A DNA stretch of 64,000 nucleotides, taken from an uncultured virus (IMG/VR IMGVR_UViG_3300030380_005539). Lineage: Duplodnaviria > Heunggongvirae > Uroviricota > Caudoviricetes. The translations under genes were made by a program, and so were the position numbers. Location: positions 62,001-126,000 of IMG/VR virus record IMGVR_UViG_3300030380_005539. The stretch is one strand, 5' to 3'. The notes under the pieces are model-generated. The model was not told the DNA's origin, searched no databases, and saw only the letters and a list, made by a program, of their open reading frames with translations. Shown in pieces: positions 37,238 through 46,812 of the stretch. How positions within the stretch are numbered: position 1 is the stretch's first letter; every line of letters begins with the position of its first letter.

Positions 37238-38090
37238 TCATATTTACCCCATCATCAATAGTTTTAAATGATTTATCAGGTAAAAATGCTTTTTTTCCTA
37301 TAATTACTGCAGGTAAAAAATCACTACCAACTTTTTTTGAAAAGGATTCATATAATACTTCATTTTCTTTATCATCTGTATCTATCTCTTTAAATTCTAT
37401 ATTAGATTCTTTAAGTTGGTTTTTTAAATTGTCACAGTGTGGACAACCTTTCATACTGAATACTATTGGTACTGTTTTCATAATTATTTTTTCTGTATCT
37501 TTTATTTCTTTATTATGGCGACGTTCATATTTGTTTATTATAGGTTCAATTGCGAATAAAATCAATAGTTTAAAAAAACTTTTTACCATTAAAAAAAAGT
37601 TTTTCTTTTTATTAAGTCTTACATTTATTGTATATCTAACACCACTTTTTAAAGGTAATGCTCCATGCCAACTCTTTATTTTTCTACCTGAAAATAAAAG
37701 AGCGTTTCCCACACCAAATTCTGAAGCATGTGCAGTTTTTTTCAACAACGGAAATACAGTACCACTACCTTCATAATTATCATTAATAAAAATTAAAATG
37801 GTATAATCATCTCCATCGTAATGATGGGGCATAGAAGGCGCATCTTTAGTATATCTAAGACCGGCAGATCTTGTTACGTTATAATCTTTTAATTTTGGTA
37901 TTTTTTTAATCTTATTTACTATAAGTTTATGTATTTCAGGAAATGTATCATTTAATGTAGATTCATAAACTGAAAGTCTAAAACTTCCATGATTTACAGT
38001 TAGTCCGAATTGATGTAAATTAGTTTCGAATAAATTCTCTATTTTTTTTGCTTCTTCTTTAGAAAATATATTAATATTTTCCCATACCAT
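37188..38090 (-). CDS. 2OG-Fe(II) oxygenase (lysyl hydroxylase-like) fused in frame to glutaredoxin
   Basis: LRY...HYD...YEGSGT.F...GNALLF.G...H..LP..SG.RY jelly-roll motifs, then VFSMKGCPHC...LPAVIIG. Start taken at ATG 38090 (ORF track extends it to 38114). Confidence 0.8.
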   Translation of the reverse strand: MVWENINIFSKEEAKKIENLFETNLHQFGLTVNHGSFRLSVYESTLNDTFPEIHKLIVNKIKKIPKLKDYNVTRSAGLRYTKDAPSMPHHYDGDDYTILIFINDNYEGSGTVFPLLKKTAHASEFGVGNALLFSGRKIKSWHGALPLKSGVRYTINVRLNKKKNFFLMVKSFFKLLILFAIEPIINKYERRHNKEIKDTEKIIMKTVPIVFSMKGCPHCDNLKNQLKESNIEFKEIDTDDKENEVLYESFSKKVGSDFLPAVIIGKKAFLPDKSFKTIDDGVNMIKEYLQELSDRENHLD

Positions 38091-38091
38091 T

Positions 38092-39891
38092 TTATTTTTC
38101 CACATCATTTTCAATCTTTTTAATAAATTCTTCTATAATATTTTCTTCACCCATAATAGTTCCGATGATTTTCTTTTTTTCATTTAAAATATCCCACACT
38201 AATGTGTCTATTGTTTCATCTATTAACATATAATATATATTAACTGTTTTATTTTGACCTATCCTATATGCTCTATCTTCCGCTTGTTCATGATTTCCCG
38301 GTACCCAGTCTAATGAATTCATAATTACTATCTCTGCAGCAGTTAAGGTTAATCCTACACCGGCAGCCTTTATTTGTCCTACGAAAACTTTACAATTATC
38401 ATCTTCTTGAAATCTATCAACCGCCAATTGTTTTTGTTTATCTGACATTCCTCCCCTTATACAAACACACTTATCTCCAAAATACCTAATAAACGCATCC
38501 ATTTCGTCATTGAAGTTACAAAATATAATAGTTTTTTTATTTAGTTCTAATGCTTCTTCTACTTTTTCTATAGTATATGGAACAGTTTCCATAGCTATAA
38601 AAGTTCTTAACAATGTAGCTTCTACTAAATCTCTTGCGGGATTACCTTTTTTACCATCTACTTTACGTTGTGCCAAATATTCTTCCCACACATTTTTATA
38701 ACCGTCTACATTTTGTAATTCTAAATAAATTGGTGTTATAAGTTTATCTGGTAAATCTAATACTTCTTCTTTTTTACGTCTTAAGATAGTTCTTTTAGTT
38801 TTTTGTGCTAATTCTTCTAAATTAGAAGCACCTTTAGTTACCCAAACAAACCTACCACCTTTTTTAAATCTTACTCCTTCACAATAAGTTCTAGCATAAT
38901 GTACCCAATTATTTGCAACCCCACATTCTATTATGGATAAAAGATTATAATAGTCCATTGGTCTATTAGCGATGGGTGTACCTGTTAACAACCAACATCT
39001 TTTAGGAGAAAATCTTTTTGAAATATCTTTTAAAATTTTACCCCTTATACTTTTATGATTTTTTACAAAGTGTGCTTCATCTAATATTATTAGATCTGGA
39101 TTAAATTCAACTATTTCTCTTCTTAATTCCCAGTCTTCATATTTTTTACCTCTTTCTTCTATAGTATGAAAATTTTTTAATATATCATAATTTATAATAG
39201 TAAATCTATCTGGATCCCAATGTTTTCCCTTTATTATGGAGACATCTTCACAAAAGTTTTGTACTTCTCTCATCCAATTTATTTTTAAAGATGCTGGACA
39301 AACAATTAAAACTCTTTCTGCATTACATTCTAATGCAGCAACTATAGATTGATATGTTTTACCTAAACCCATATCATCCGCCAAAATACATTTTTTATTT
39401 TTTAATAAAAATTCTATACCTTCTTCTTGATGTTTAAATGCTCTCCAACCCCTTTTATCTAAATCTATGTACTTTTCAAAGTCTACTTCTACTTCTACTT
39501 CCTCATAGTGAATATCTTCAATTAATTGAGTTTTAGGTATCCATATTAATTTAACTTCTTTTTGATTTTTATAAAATTTACATATTGCGTGTATTGCTTT
39601 ATCACTTTCTGCCAATATAGTTTCTACTAATATTTTATTAATTGGTGTAGTCAATTTATACTCTTCTTTTAATTGATTTGAAAAATATTCAGTGATTTCT
39701 ACAATTTTATTAATATTTTTAGGTATGTAATTAAAATAATTAGTAATATATTTTGTTTGACTATTAGTTAAAAAATATGATTTTTCGGTTTGATATTTTT
39801 TCTTTATATAATTAATATAGGGATTCTTACCATTATATGTAACTAATAGTTCTTCAATTTTCAATCCTTTAATGTCTTTTATATCTAACAT
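38092..39891 (-). CDS. SNF2-family helicase/ATPase (SMARCAL1/ZRANB3-like)
   Basis: ILADDMGLGKT, LDEAH, LTGTP, AAGVGLTLT, QAEDRAYRIGQ. Likely start at ATG 39891. Confidence 0.93.
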   Translation of the reverse strand: MLDIKDIKGLKIEELLVTYNGKNPYINYIKKKYQTEKSYFLTNSQTKYITNYFNYIPKNINKIVEITEYFSNQLKEEYKLTTPINKILVETILAESDKAIHAICKFYKNQKEVKLIWIPKTQLIEDIHYEEVEVEVDFEKYIDLDKRGWRAFKHQEEGIEFLLKNKKCILADDMGLGKTYQSIVAALECNAERVLIVCPASLKINWMREVQNFCEDVSIIKGKHWDPDRFTIINYDILKNFHTIEERGKKYEDWELRREIVEFNPDLIILDEAHFVKNHKSIRGKILKDISKRFSPKRCWLLTGTPIANRPMDYYNLLSIIECGVANNWVHYARTYCEGVRFKKGGRFVWVTKGASNLEELAQKTKRTILRRKKEEVLDLPDKLITPIYLELQNVDGYKNVWEEYLAQRKVDGKKGNPARDLVEATLLRTFIAMETVPYTIEKVEEALELNKKTIIFCNFNDEMDAFIRYFGDKCVCIRGGMSDKQKQLAVDRFQEDDNCKVFVGQIKAAGVGLTLTAAEIVIMNSLDWVPGNHEQAEDRAYRIGQNKTVNIYYMLIDETIDTLVWDILNEKKKIIGTIMGEENIIEEFIKKIENDVEK

Positions 39892-39947
39892 ATTTCTAAT
39901 TATAATCATTTTTTTGCAAAGTATAAATATTTATAGGTAAAAGATAC

Positions 39948-40469
39948 ATGAAAAATAACAGAAAAGTCCCAATTACGAGAGTAAACAAGTTTTTTTCACA
40001 AGAAGATTTTAATTTAGAAGTAGATTTTGGTAGAGAATGGTTAGAGGGTGACATAAACATTAAAGTAGTTCTTTTTCAAGTAGATCAAAGTAAATCATTA
40101 ACTGATGATATATATGGAGAATCTGCACCTAATGAAATAAGATTTAAAACACCGGTTGAATTGACTGTTAATTTCCAAATGGAATCTCCTAAAAATGAGG
40201 CTTGGAATCCTAATGGTAGTTTAAGACATTTAGAACATGGTAATCTAACTTTAGGCGTATATCAGTCACATTTAGATGAATTAGGTGTTGAGATTAATTA
40301 TGGGGATTATATAGGATATCATGAAACTGAAGATAAAATGACTTACTGGACAGTATCTAATAATGGTATAATAACATCAGACAACGCACACACTATTGCA
40401 GGTTATAAAGGTTTTTACAGAACTGTGACATGTGTACCTACACCTGAAGATGAATTTAAAGGTATTTAA
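39948..40469 (+). CDS. Putative neck/head-closure protein (gp14-like)
   Basis: DDIYGES motif, (Y)GDYIGY segment, and position before the tail completion and sheath genes. Confidence 0.55.
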   Translation: MKNNRKVPITRVNKFFSQEDFNLEVDFGREWLEGDINIKVVLFQVDQSKSLTDDIYGESAPNEIRFKTPVELTVNFQMESPKNEAWNPNGSLRHLEHGNLTLGVYQSHLDELGVEINYGDYIGYHETEDKMTYWTVSNNGIITSDNAHTIAGYKGFYRTVTCVPTPEDEFKGI

Positions 40470-40474
40470 TTAAA

Positions 40475-41506
40475 ATGGGACTTCCTAAGAATTATAGAAA
40501 AAATTTAAAATTTACCCCTACTCCAGAGGGTTTTGAGGCTAGACAAAATATATTAAATGATATTGCTAATCCTGGTACATATCTACCTAAAGGTATTTTA
40601 CACGAAGATATGGATAGAGAGTTTGTTCAATATATGGAGGATGATATAAGTTTAGTTTTAAATGGTGAAAAAGTACCAGTTATTTTTTTAAGTATACAAA
40701 GATGGGCAGAATTTGCAAAAACTTGGCAATTTTCAGATGAATACAAAAATATTACAATGCCCTTTATTACCATAATAAGAAAACCAGATGCACAAACTGG
40801 TACTAATTATGCGGGAACTTTTAATGTGCCAGGAAAACCTACGTTTACATATATGAAAATACCTACATGGGATGGTAATATAAAAAGTTTTGACATTTAT
40901 AAAATACCACAACCTATTTCTGTAGATTTAAACTATGAAGTTAGATTATTCTGTACAAGAATGAGAGATTTAAATGTGTTAAATAGATTAATGTTAGACT
41001 CATTTTCTGCAGGTGAAAAATATATTAGGGTAAATGGTCACCCAATACCACTTATGATGGATAGTATAGGTGATGAAAGTTCTATACAAAATTTAGATGA
41101 GAAAAGATACTACGTACAATTATTCAGTATAAAAATGTTAGGTTATTTATTAGATCCAAAACAGTTTGAGGTGACACCAGCAATTAGTAGGGCAATTACT
41201 TTCTTTGAAATTGCAGAAAATGTTAATTTAGCTACCCACCAGATTAAAGAAAGAGAAGAAGACACATCAATCGAATTAAATATTCAATTTGCACCAGGTA
41301 TTAATGTTTTCCAACTATCAATTGAAAACGACTCCATTTACAGTAGTGTTTCACAACAAAATATTAGTAACTTTACTGTTACAGTAAATGGTAACGTAAA
41401 AACATTACCTTTTGATGTTTCTTATGGAGATTCATTAGAAATTACAATAACAAAATTAGATGTAGCAAATCCTGCATTTTTAACAGTAATAGGAAACGCA
41501 AAATGA
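40475..41506 (+). CDS. Putative tail terminator/sheath stabiliser (gp15-like)
   Basis: KVPVIF...QRW...MPFITIIR...PQPISVDLNYEV pattern and position. Confidence 0.6.
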   Translation: MGLPKNYRKNLKFTPTPEGFEARQNILNDIANPGTYLPKGILHEDMDREFVQYMEDDISLVLNGEKVPVIFLSIQRWAEFAKTWQFSDEYKNITMPFITIIRKPDAQTGTNYAGTFNVPGKPTFTYMKIPTWDGNIKSFDIYKIPQPISVDLNYEVRLFCTRMRDLNVLNRLMLDSFSAGEKYIRVNGHPIPLMMDSIGDESSIQNLDEKRYYVQLFSIKMLGYLLDPKQFEVTPAISRAITFFEIAENVNLATHQIKEREEDTSIELNIQFAPGINVFQLSIENDSIYSSVSQQNISNFTVTVNGNVKTLPFDVSYGDSLEITITKLDVANPAFLTVIGNAK

Positions 41507-41793
41507 AAAGGATAGTTAGAAATTATGTAGTAAGAGATCCTAAACCTATAATGGACGCAATACTTAGGGGAGTAAGTAATTATAATGCAATTAGTATAAA
41601 ACCTTCTATTAAAGGACAAACTATATTTGATGAAATTAAAGTTAACATTAATGATGTAGAAAAAACGGAATTATATGTTAACGGTTTAAGGTATGTCGTT
41701 AATACGGATTATAACATAGAAGATAATAAACTTATATGGTTAGGTGATTTTGAATTAACTCCAGATTTTGATTTAGTTTTAATAGTGAGATAA
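41503..41793 (+). CDS. Hypothetical protein
   Basis: 96 aa ORF coupled to the upstream stop (ATGA); LYVNGLR...DY motif. Confidence 0.7.
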   Translation: MKRIVRNYVVRDPKPIMDAILRGVSNYNAISIKPSIKGQTIFDEIKVNINDVEKTELYVNGLRYVVNTDYNIEDNKLIWLGDFELTPDFDLVLIVR

Positions 41794-41794
41794 T

Positions 41795-41953
41795 TTATCT
41801 TACCACTTCACCGTACAAATCTTTTTTAGGGACACATTTTTCTTTTATTATTTTTTCTACAAATGCAAACATTTTTAATCCATTTTCTTCACAATAAGTT
41901 TTTAACAATAAATGTGTTTTGGGTGTAATTTTAAGATTTTTAGTCCTTTTCAT
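41795..41953 (-). CDS. Small ribbon-helix-helix-like DNA-binding protein (52 aa, absent from the ORF track)
   Basis: Hand translation MKRTKNLKITPKTHLLLKTYCEENGLKMFAFVEKIIKEKCVPKKDLYGEVVR; beta-strand (KNLKI), helix, G, helix pattern. Confidence 0.7.
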   Translation of the reverse strand: MKRTKNLKITPKTHLLLKTYCEENGLKMFAFVEKIIKEKCVPKKDLYGEVVR

Positions 41954-41969
41954 AGTTGTTTTTTATATA

Positions 41970-42000
41970 AGTATGACAAAAGTATGAAAAATATCATACT
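41970..42000. promoter_or_regulatory. Candidate operator: AGTATGA x2 direct plus one inverted copy
   Basis: AGTATGA at 41970-76 and 41981-87; TCATACT at 41994-42000. Confidence 0.55.
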
Positions 42001-42097
42001 AAATATCTGAATATTAAAATAATTCACTTACTTTCAAAAATAATTGCATATTTATAATAAAAACAAAATAATAAAAAAGATTAAAATAAAAAATTAA

Positions 42098-44923
42098 ATG
42101 GCTTCAACAAATAGAATTTTCGTTAGTCCAGGTGTTTTTACATCAGAAAAGGATTTAACATTCGTAACAAGACAAGTGGGGGTAACTACATTAGGTTTAC
42201 TAGGGGAAACACCTAAAGGTCCTGCATTTGAACCAGTATTCATTTCTAATTATGATGAATTCACATCATATTTTGGTAACCTAAACCCTGAAAAATATAA
42301 AGGTAATGGGTATCCAAAATATGAACTTAACTATATAGCTAGATCGTTTTTAACACAAACAAATCAACTTTATGTTAGTAGAGTATTAGGATTATCAGGA
42401 TATAAAGCAGGTAATGCTTGGTGTATTACATTGGATGCAGAGTTTGATCCATCAACAGAAGAAGTAATAGGTACTACTTCTTATCCTACATTATTAACTT
42501 ATAGTGCGAGTACAGGTGGAACACCAGTTACAATGACATTTAGTGATCCTCTTTTACAAGAATTATATGATCAAGGGGAAATTAGTAATAGTTTTTCTGC
42601 AATAGGTTTAAGTGCAACTGGTGATACTATATCAATAACTTCACCTAAATATATAGAAGTGGGTAGTGACTTTTCTGGTGCTACTTTCTCAATGGAAGTT
42701 ACTTCAACATCTGGTTCTACACCAGGTTTTGTAACAGGTGTTACTTCAGGTACAGTAGTAACTTATACTGCATCATCTTATGATATTGATGGTAGTGTGG
42801 TTGCCACTTTAAGATCTAGAGGTAATTATGGTGGAGATCAAATATTAGATTACACAGTATCAGGTATAACAGATGTAAGTATGACAAATACATCCTCAAT
42901 TGTAACTAACCCTTTTGGTAGTTTTACAATAAATGGTACAACAAGTAGTGGTGTTGACTTTGATTATAATGTGTCTTTAGATAAGACTAAAAAGAACTAT
43001 TTACCTAATGTTTTTGGTGTTAGTTCACAAGATAAAGAAACAGAACTTTTTGTAGAAGAATTGTTCATTAACAGTTTAGATGATTTAAATACTGCTGGTA
43101 AAGTAAGAGGTTTAAACATTGATTTTGTTAGAATAAGTGCAGATTCTACTTATAATTTAAGTAATTATGAAGAAAAATATCAGTCTGCAGCTTCCCCATA
43201 CGTATTATCTGAATTAAGGGGTAATAAACTTCAGAGATTATTTAGATTTATTACAATATCTGATGGTAATGCAGCTAACAGAGATATTAAATTTTCTATT
43301 ATCAACATTAAACCAGATGATAAAACATTTGATTTAATAGTAAGAAGATATAATGATAATGACGCCAATCTAAGTGTTTTAGAGAAATTTTCTAAACTTT
43401 CTTTAGACCCTACAGATAACGGATTTATTGGTAGAAAAATTGGTACGTCAGATGGTGAATTCCCATTAAGAAGTAATTATATTATGGTAGATATGGCAAC
43501 CGATTACCCAACTAATGGTGTACCTGCAGGTTTTGAGGGAGTACAAGTCAGAGACTATATCGGTGATACTACGGCATTACCACCACAAATAGAGTATGGT
43601 ACAAAATACCCTTCATTGAATAACTCACAAATAAGAAAATACTATTTAGGTCTTAATACGACTATTGGTGTAGATCAAGATTTCTTCGATTACAAAGGAT
43701 TAGACGCAGTAACTAAAGTAGCGTATACTGGTAAATCGGATGGTTTTCACTTAGACGTAAACGCAAAAGGGGCAGAAATATCAGCAGGTAATGATAGTTA
43801 TTTTCCATCATTACAAGTAGGTATATCAGCATTTACTACTGAAGCATCTTTACAAAGTGGGCCATATGAAAAAGTAACTGCTAGGAAATTTACTTTCGCA
43901 CCATACGGTGGTTTTGATGGTTGGGATGTGTATCGTTTAGACAGAACAAATACTGACTCATATACCAAAACTGGTAGTAAGGGTAATGAAGGTTTACTTA
44001 ATGGAACGTTTACAACTTATACTACTTCTGAAGGAGATGATGGTATAACTTCAGATTACTTTGCATATTTAGAAGGAATATATACTTATAATAATCCAGA
44101 AGCAGTAAATATAAATGTTTTTGCAACACCAGGATTAGATTTAAGAGATCAACCTTCCTTAATTGATGCAGCGGTTGATATGGTTGAAAATGATAGAGCA
44201 GATTCATTGTATGTAATTACTACACCAGATACTAGTAGCGATGGAGAAACTGTTTTAACACCAGATGAAGCAACAGGAATATTAGATGATTCAGGAATAG
44301 ATAGTAACTATTCTGCAACTTACTTCCCTTGGTTACAGATGAATGATACAGAAAATAATCAATACATTTGGTTACCACCAACATTAGAAGTTGTTAGAAA
44401 CATTGCATTAACGGATAACGTAGCGTTCCCTTGGTTCGCAGCAGCTGGTTTAAACAGAGGTACTACAAATGCAATTAAAGCGAGAACAAAATTAACTTTA
44501 GATCAAAGAGATGATTTATATGAAGGAAGAATTAATCCAATGGCAACATTCTCAGATGTAGGTGTTTGTATTTGGGGTAATAAAACCTTACAATCTAAAG
44601 ATACGGCACTTAACAGAATTAATGTTAGAAGATTGTTATTACAAGCTAGAAAACTTATTTCGGCAGTATCTATTAGATTATTATTCGAACAGAATGATGA
44701 TGTTGTAAGAAATCAATTCCTTTCATTAGTTAATCCAATATTGGATAATATTAGAAAAGAAAGAGGTTTAACTGACTTTAGAGTTGTATTAGATGATACA
44801 CCAGAATCTATCGACAGAAATGAATTAAATGGTAGAATATTCATTAAACCGACAAGATCTTTAGAGTACATTAGTATTGAATTTAATATTACTAATACTG
44901 GAGCATCTTTTGATGATATCTAA
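42098..44923 (+). CDS. Contractile tail sheath protein (T4 gp18-like)
   Basis: FVSPGVFTSEKD, G.TPKGPAFEP, PWFAAAGLNRG, INP...IWGNKTL...LNRINVRRLL, LFEQND, IKPTRSLEYI. Confidence 0.97.
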   Translation: MASTNRIFVSPGVFTSEKDLTFVTRQVGVTTLGLLGETPKGPAFEPVFISNYDEFTSYFGNLNPEKYKGNGYPKYELNYIARSFLTQTNQLYVSRVLGLSGYKAGNAWCITLDAEFDPSTEEVIGTTSYPTLLTYSASTGGTPVTMTFSDPLLQELYDQGEISNSFSAIGLSATGDTISITSPKYIEVGSDFSGATFSMEVTSTSGSTPGFVTGVTSGTVVTYTASSYDIDGSVVATLRSRGNYGGDQILDYTVSGITDVSMTNTSSIVTNPFGSFTINGTTSSGVDFDYNVSLDKTKKNYLPNVFGVSSQDKETELFVEELFINSLDDLNTAGKVRGLNIDFVRISADSTYNLSNYEEKYQSAASPYVLSELRGNKLQRLFRFITISDGNAANRDIKFSIINIKPDDKTFDLIVRRYNDNDANLSVLEKFSKLSLDPTDNGFIGRKIGTSDGEFPLRSNYIMVDMATDYPTNGVPAGFEGVQVRDYIGDTTALPPQIEYGTKYPSLNNSQIRKYYLGLNTTIGVDQDFFDYKGLDAVTKVAYTGKSDGFHLDVNAKGAEISAGNDSYFPSLQVGISAFTTEASLQSGPYEKVTARKFTFAPYGGFDGWDVYRLDRTNTDSYTKTGSKGNEGLLNGTFTTYTTSEGDDGITSDYFAYLEGIYTYNNPEAVNINVFATPGLDLRDQPSLIDAAVDMVENDRADSLYVITTPDTSSDGETVLTPDEATGILDDSGIDSNYSATYFPWLQMNDTENNQYIWLPPTLEVVRNIALTDNVAFPWFAAAGLNRGTTNAIKARTKLTLDQRDDLYEGRINPMATFSDVGVCIWGNKTLQSKDTALNRINVRRLLLQARKLISAVSIRLLFEQNDDVVRNQFLSLVNPILDNIRKERGLTDFRVVLDDTPESIDRNELNGRIFIKPTRSLEYISIEFNITNTGASFDDI

Positions 44924-44943
44924 AATAAATAAAATATAATTAT

Positions 44944-44971
44944 AAGGTGGGATTATTCCCACCTTTTTTTT
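44944..44971 (+). terminator. Intrinsic terminator after the sheath gene
   Basis: AAGGTGGGA-TTAT-TCCCACCTT followed by a T run. Confidence 0.85.
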
Positions 44972-44975
44972 GTCT

Positions 44976-45794
44976 ATGAAAATAAAATTAAGTCAATATC
45001 AAAAAAGTCTACTTTTGGAATTTAAAAAAAGAGCATATTCATTTGATTGGGACGATAATATTTTATTTATGCCCACTAAAATTTATTTAGAGAAAAAGGT
45101 AGGTGATGGATGGATACCTGTTTTAGTAGGTACTGAAGAATTTAGAGAAATTAGGAATAGAGTTGGTAAAGATTATAGATATGAAAAAGATGACTTATAT
45201 TATGCGTTTAAAGATTTCAGAGATTATGACGCATTTATAAGAGACACAAAAGAAGCATTAAGAAAAAAATCTTTTGGTCCCAGTTTTGATAAATTTAAAG
45301 AAGCATTATTATATGGTAATGACTTCTCTATAATAACTGCTAGAGGAAACCCACCTAAAGCAATTAAAGATGGTATAAAAGTGATAATTGACACTCTTTT
45401 CACTGAAGAACAAAAAGAAAAAATGTTATCTAACTTACATGGTACATCTATAGAACAATATCTAAACTTACAGGACTACTATCCTGTGACTTCTGACGAG
45501 TTTGTAGAAGAATTTGATACTGATGTAAGTGTAACAAACCCAGAAGTCGGTAAAATGATTGCATTAAAGACTTTTGTAGATAGAGTAGTTAGTGCAGTTA
45601 AAGAAATGAAAGATAATCCAGAATATAATGGTATGAGTATAGGTTTTAGTGATGATGATTTAGGTAATATTGAGAGTGCGGAGAAGTACATTGAGGAGAA
45701 ATTAAAAAAATTATATCCTGATGTTAAATTTTTAGTATATGATACATCTGATCCTGATAACCCTAAAAAGAAACGAATAATAATTAAAAAATAG
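44976..45794 (+). CDS. HAD-superfamily phosphatase-like protein with LxE-type leader
   Basis: Motif I FDWDDNI, motif II IITARG, Lys in GKMIA, motif IV GFSDDD; leader MKIKLSQYQKSLLLE. Confidence 0.7.
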   Translation: MKIKLSQYQKSLLLEFKKRAYSFDWDDNILFMPTKIYLEKKVGDGWIPVLVGTEEFREIRNRVGKDYRYEKDDLYYAFKDFRDYDAFIRDTKEALRKKSFGPSFDKFKEALLYGNDFSIITARGNPPKAIKDGIKVIIDTLFTEEQKEKMLSNLHGTSIEQYLNLQDYYPVTSDEFVEEFDTDVSVTNPEVGKMIALKTFVDRVVSAVKEMKDNPEYNGMSIGFSDDDLGNIESAEKYIEEKLKKLYPDVKFLVYDTSDPDNPKKKRIIIKK

Positions 45795-45862
45795 AATTTT
45801 ATTTAATTACTAAATATTTATTAATAAATGGTGAAATAAACCATATTTTAAAATACAAAGTA

Positions 45863-46273
45863 ATGAGAATTAAAAAAAACGATAAAGTAATTAAGTTAAC
45901 TGAAAATGACTTAAAAAGAATTGTAAAAAGAGTATTAACAGAACAAAATTATGATTATGAATATATAGAAAATCTAGATGACGCAAAAAAACTATATAAA
46001 TTAATACTAGATGCGATGGGAGTGTTTATGGATGATGAGGCGATTATTGAAGCTGCGTTTATGGCATTCGATAAAAATCCCGATTTATATTATGAAGCGA
46101 ATGAAATCTTTAAAAATGATAATGATTATCTTGCTGGAGATAGTTTTAAAGGGTCAGTCATGTTTGATGGAGCAGACAGTTTATTACATATGGTTAAATT
46201 AAAAATGGATACAAATAAAATATATCATAAAAAATCTATTGCGCGTATAGCTCATGAAAATAATTTTAAATAA
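45863..46273 (+). CDS. Hypothetical protein with LxE-type leader
   Basis: KVIKLTENDLKRIVKRVLTEQ start. Confidence 0.75.
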   Translation: MRIKKNDKVIKLTENDLKRIVKRVLTEQNYDYEYIENLDDAKKLYKLILDAMGVFMDDEAIIEAAFMAFDKNPDLYYEANEIFKNDNDYLAGDSFKGSVMFDGADSLLHMVKLKMDTNKIYHKKSIARIAHENNFK

Positions 46274-46284
46274 AAAAGACTAAA

Positions 46285-46728
46285 ATGGAAAAGAATATAA
46301 ATAACGAAATTGAAAGAATGAAATCATTATTTAATGAGGAAAGACTTTACGGTAATATAGAAAATGGTAAAGAAAATTTAAATGAAGGTTTAAAGTCTAC
46401 ATTAAAAGGTATTGGTGGAATGTTTAGAGGTACTGGATATAGTTATACTAAATATGCTTATGAATTATCTGGTGCGTTAAAAGAACTTAATGAAGAATTA
46501 GAAGAAACTATTAATGAGGTTGAAAAAATAATAGATAAATCAAATGAATCTAAAATGAGTAATGACGCATATGATAGATTAACTCTTCATGTGGGAGATG
46601 CGATAGATACGTATAAAATGGCTATTGAGACTAATGAGATTATTATAGAAGATTTAGATTTTTCTGTTAGTTCTAATAGAGAAGACGAAAGGGCACAAGA
46701 TAACCCTACTTCACAATTAGAAAGATAA
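46285..46728 (+). CDS. Hypothetical helical protein with LxE-type leader
   Basis: MEKNINNEIERMKSLFNEERLYGN...LNEG start, shared with 50509. Confidence 0.75.
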   Translation: MEKNINNEIERMKSLFNEERLYGNIENGKENLNEGLKSTLKGIGGMFRGTGYSYTKYAYELSGALKELNEELEETINEVEKIIDKSNESKMSNDAYDRLTLHVGDAIDTYKMAIETNEIIIEDLDFSVSSNREDERAQDNPTSQLER

Positions 46729-46812
46729 TAAAAAACATTAAAGATTTAGTTTTTTTTAAATTTTAGATATTTATTAATAAAGAATAAAAAACAACGATAA
46801 AAAAAAGAAATT

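Noticed and set aside
32716..39909. Inteins or introns in PolB or SNF2
   Set aside because: Motif spacing is ordinary; no C/S...HN splice ends or homing endonuclease motifs seen.
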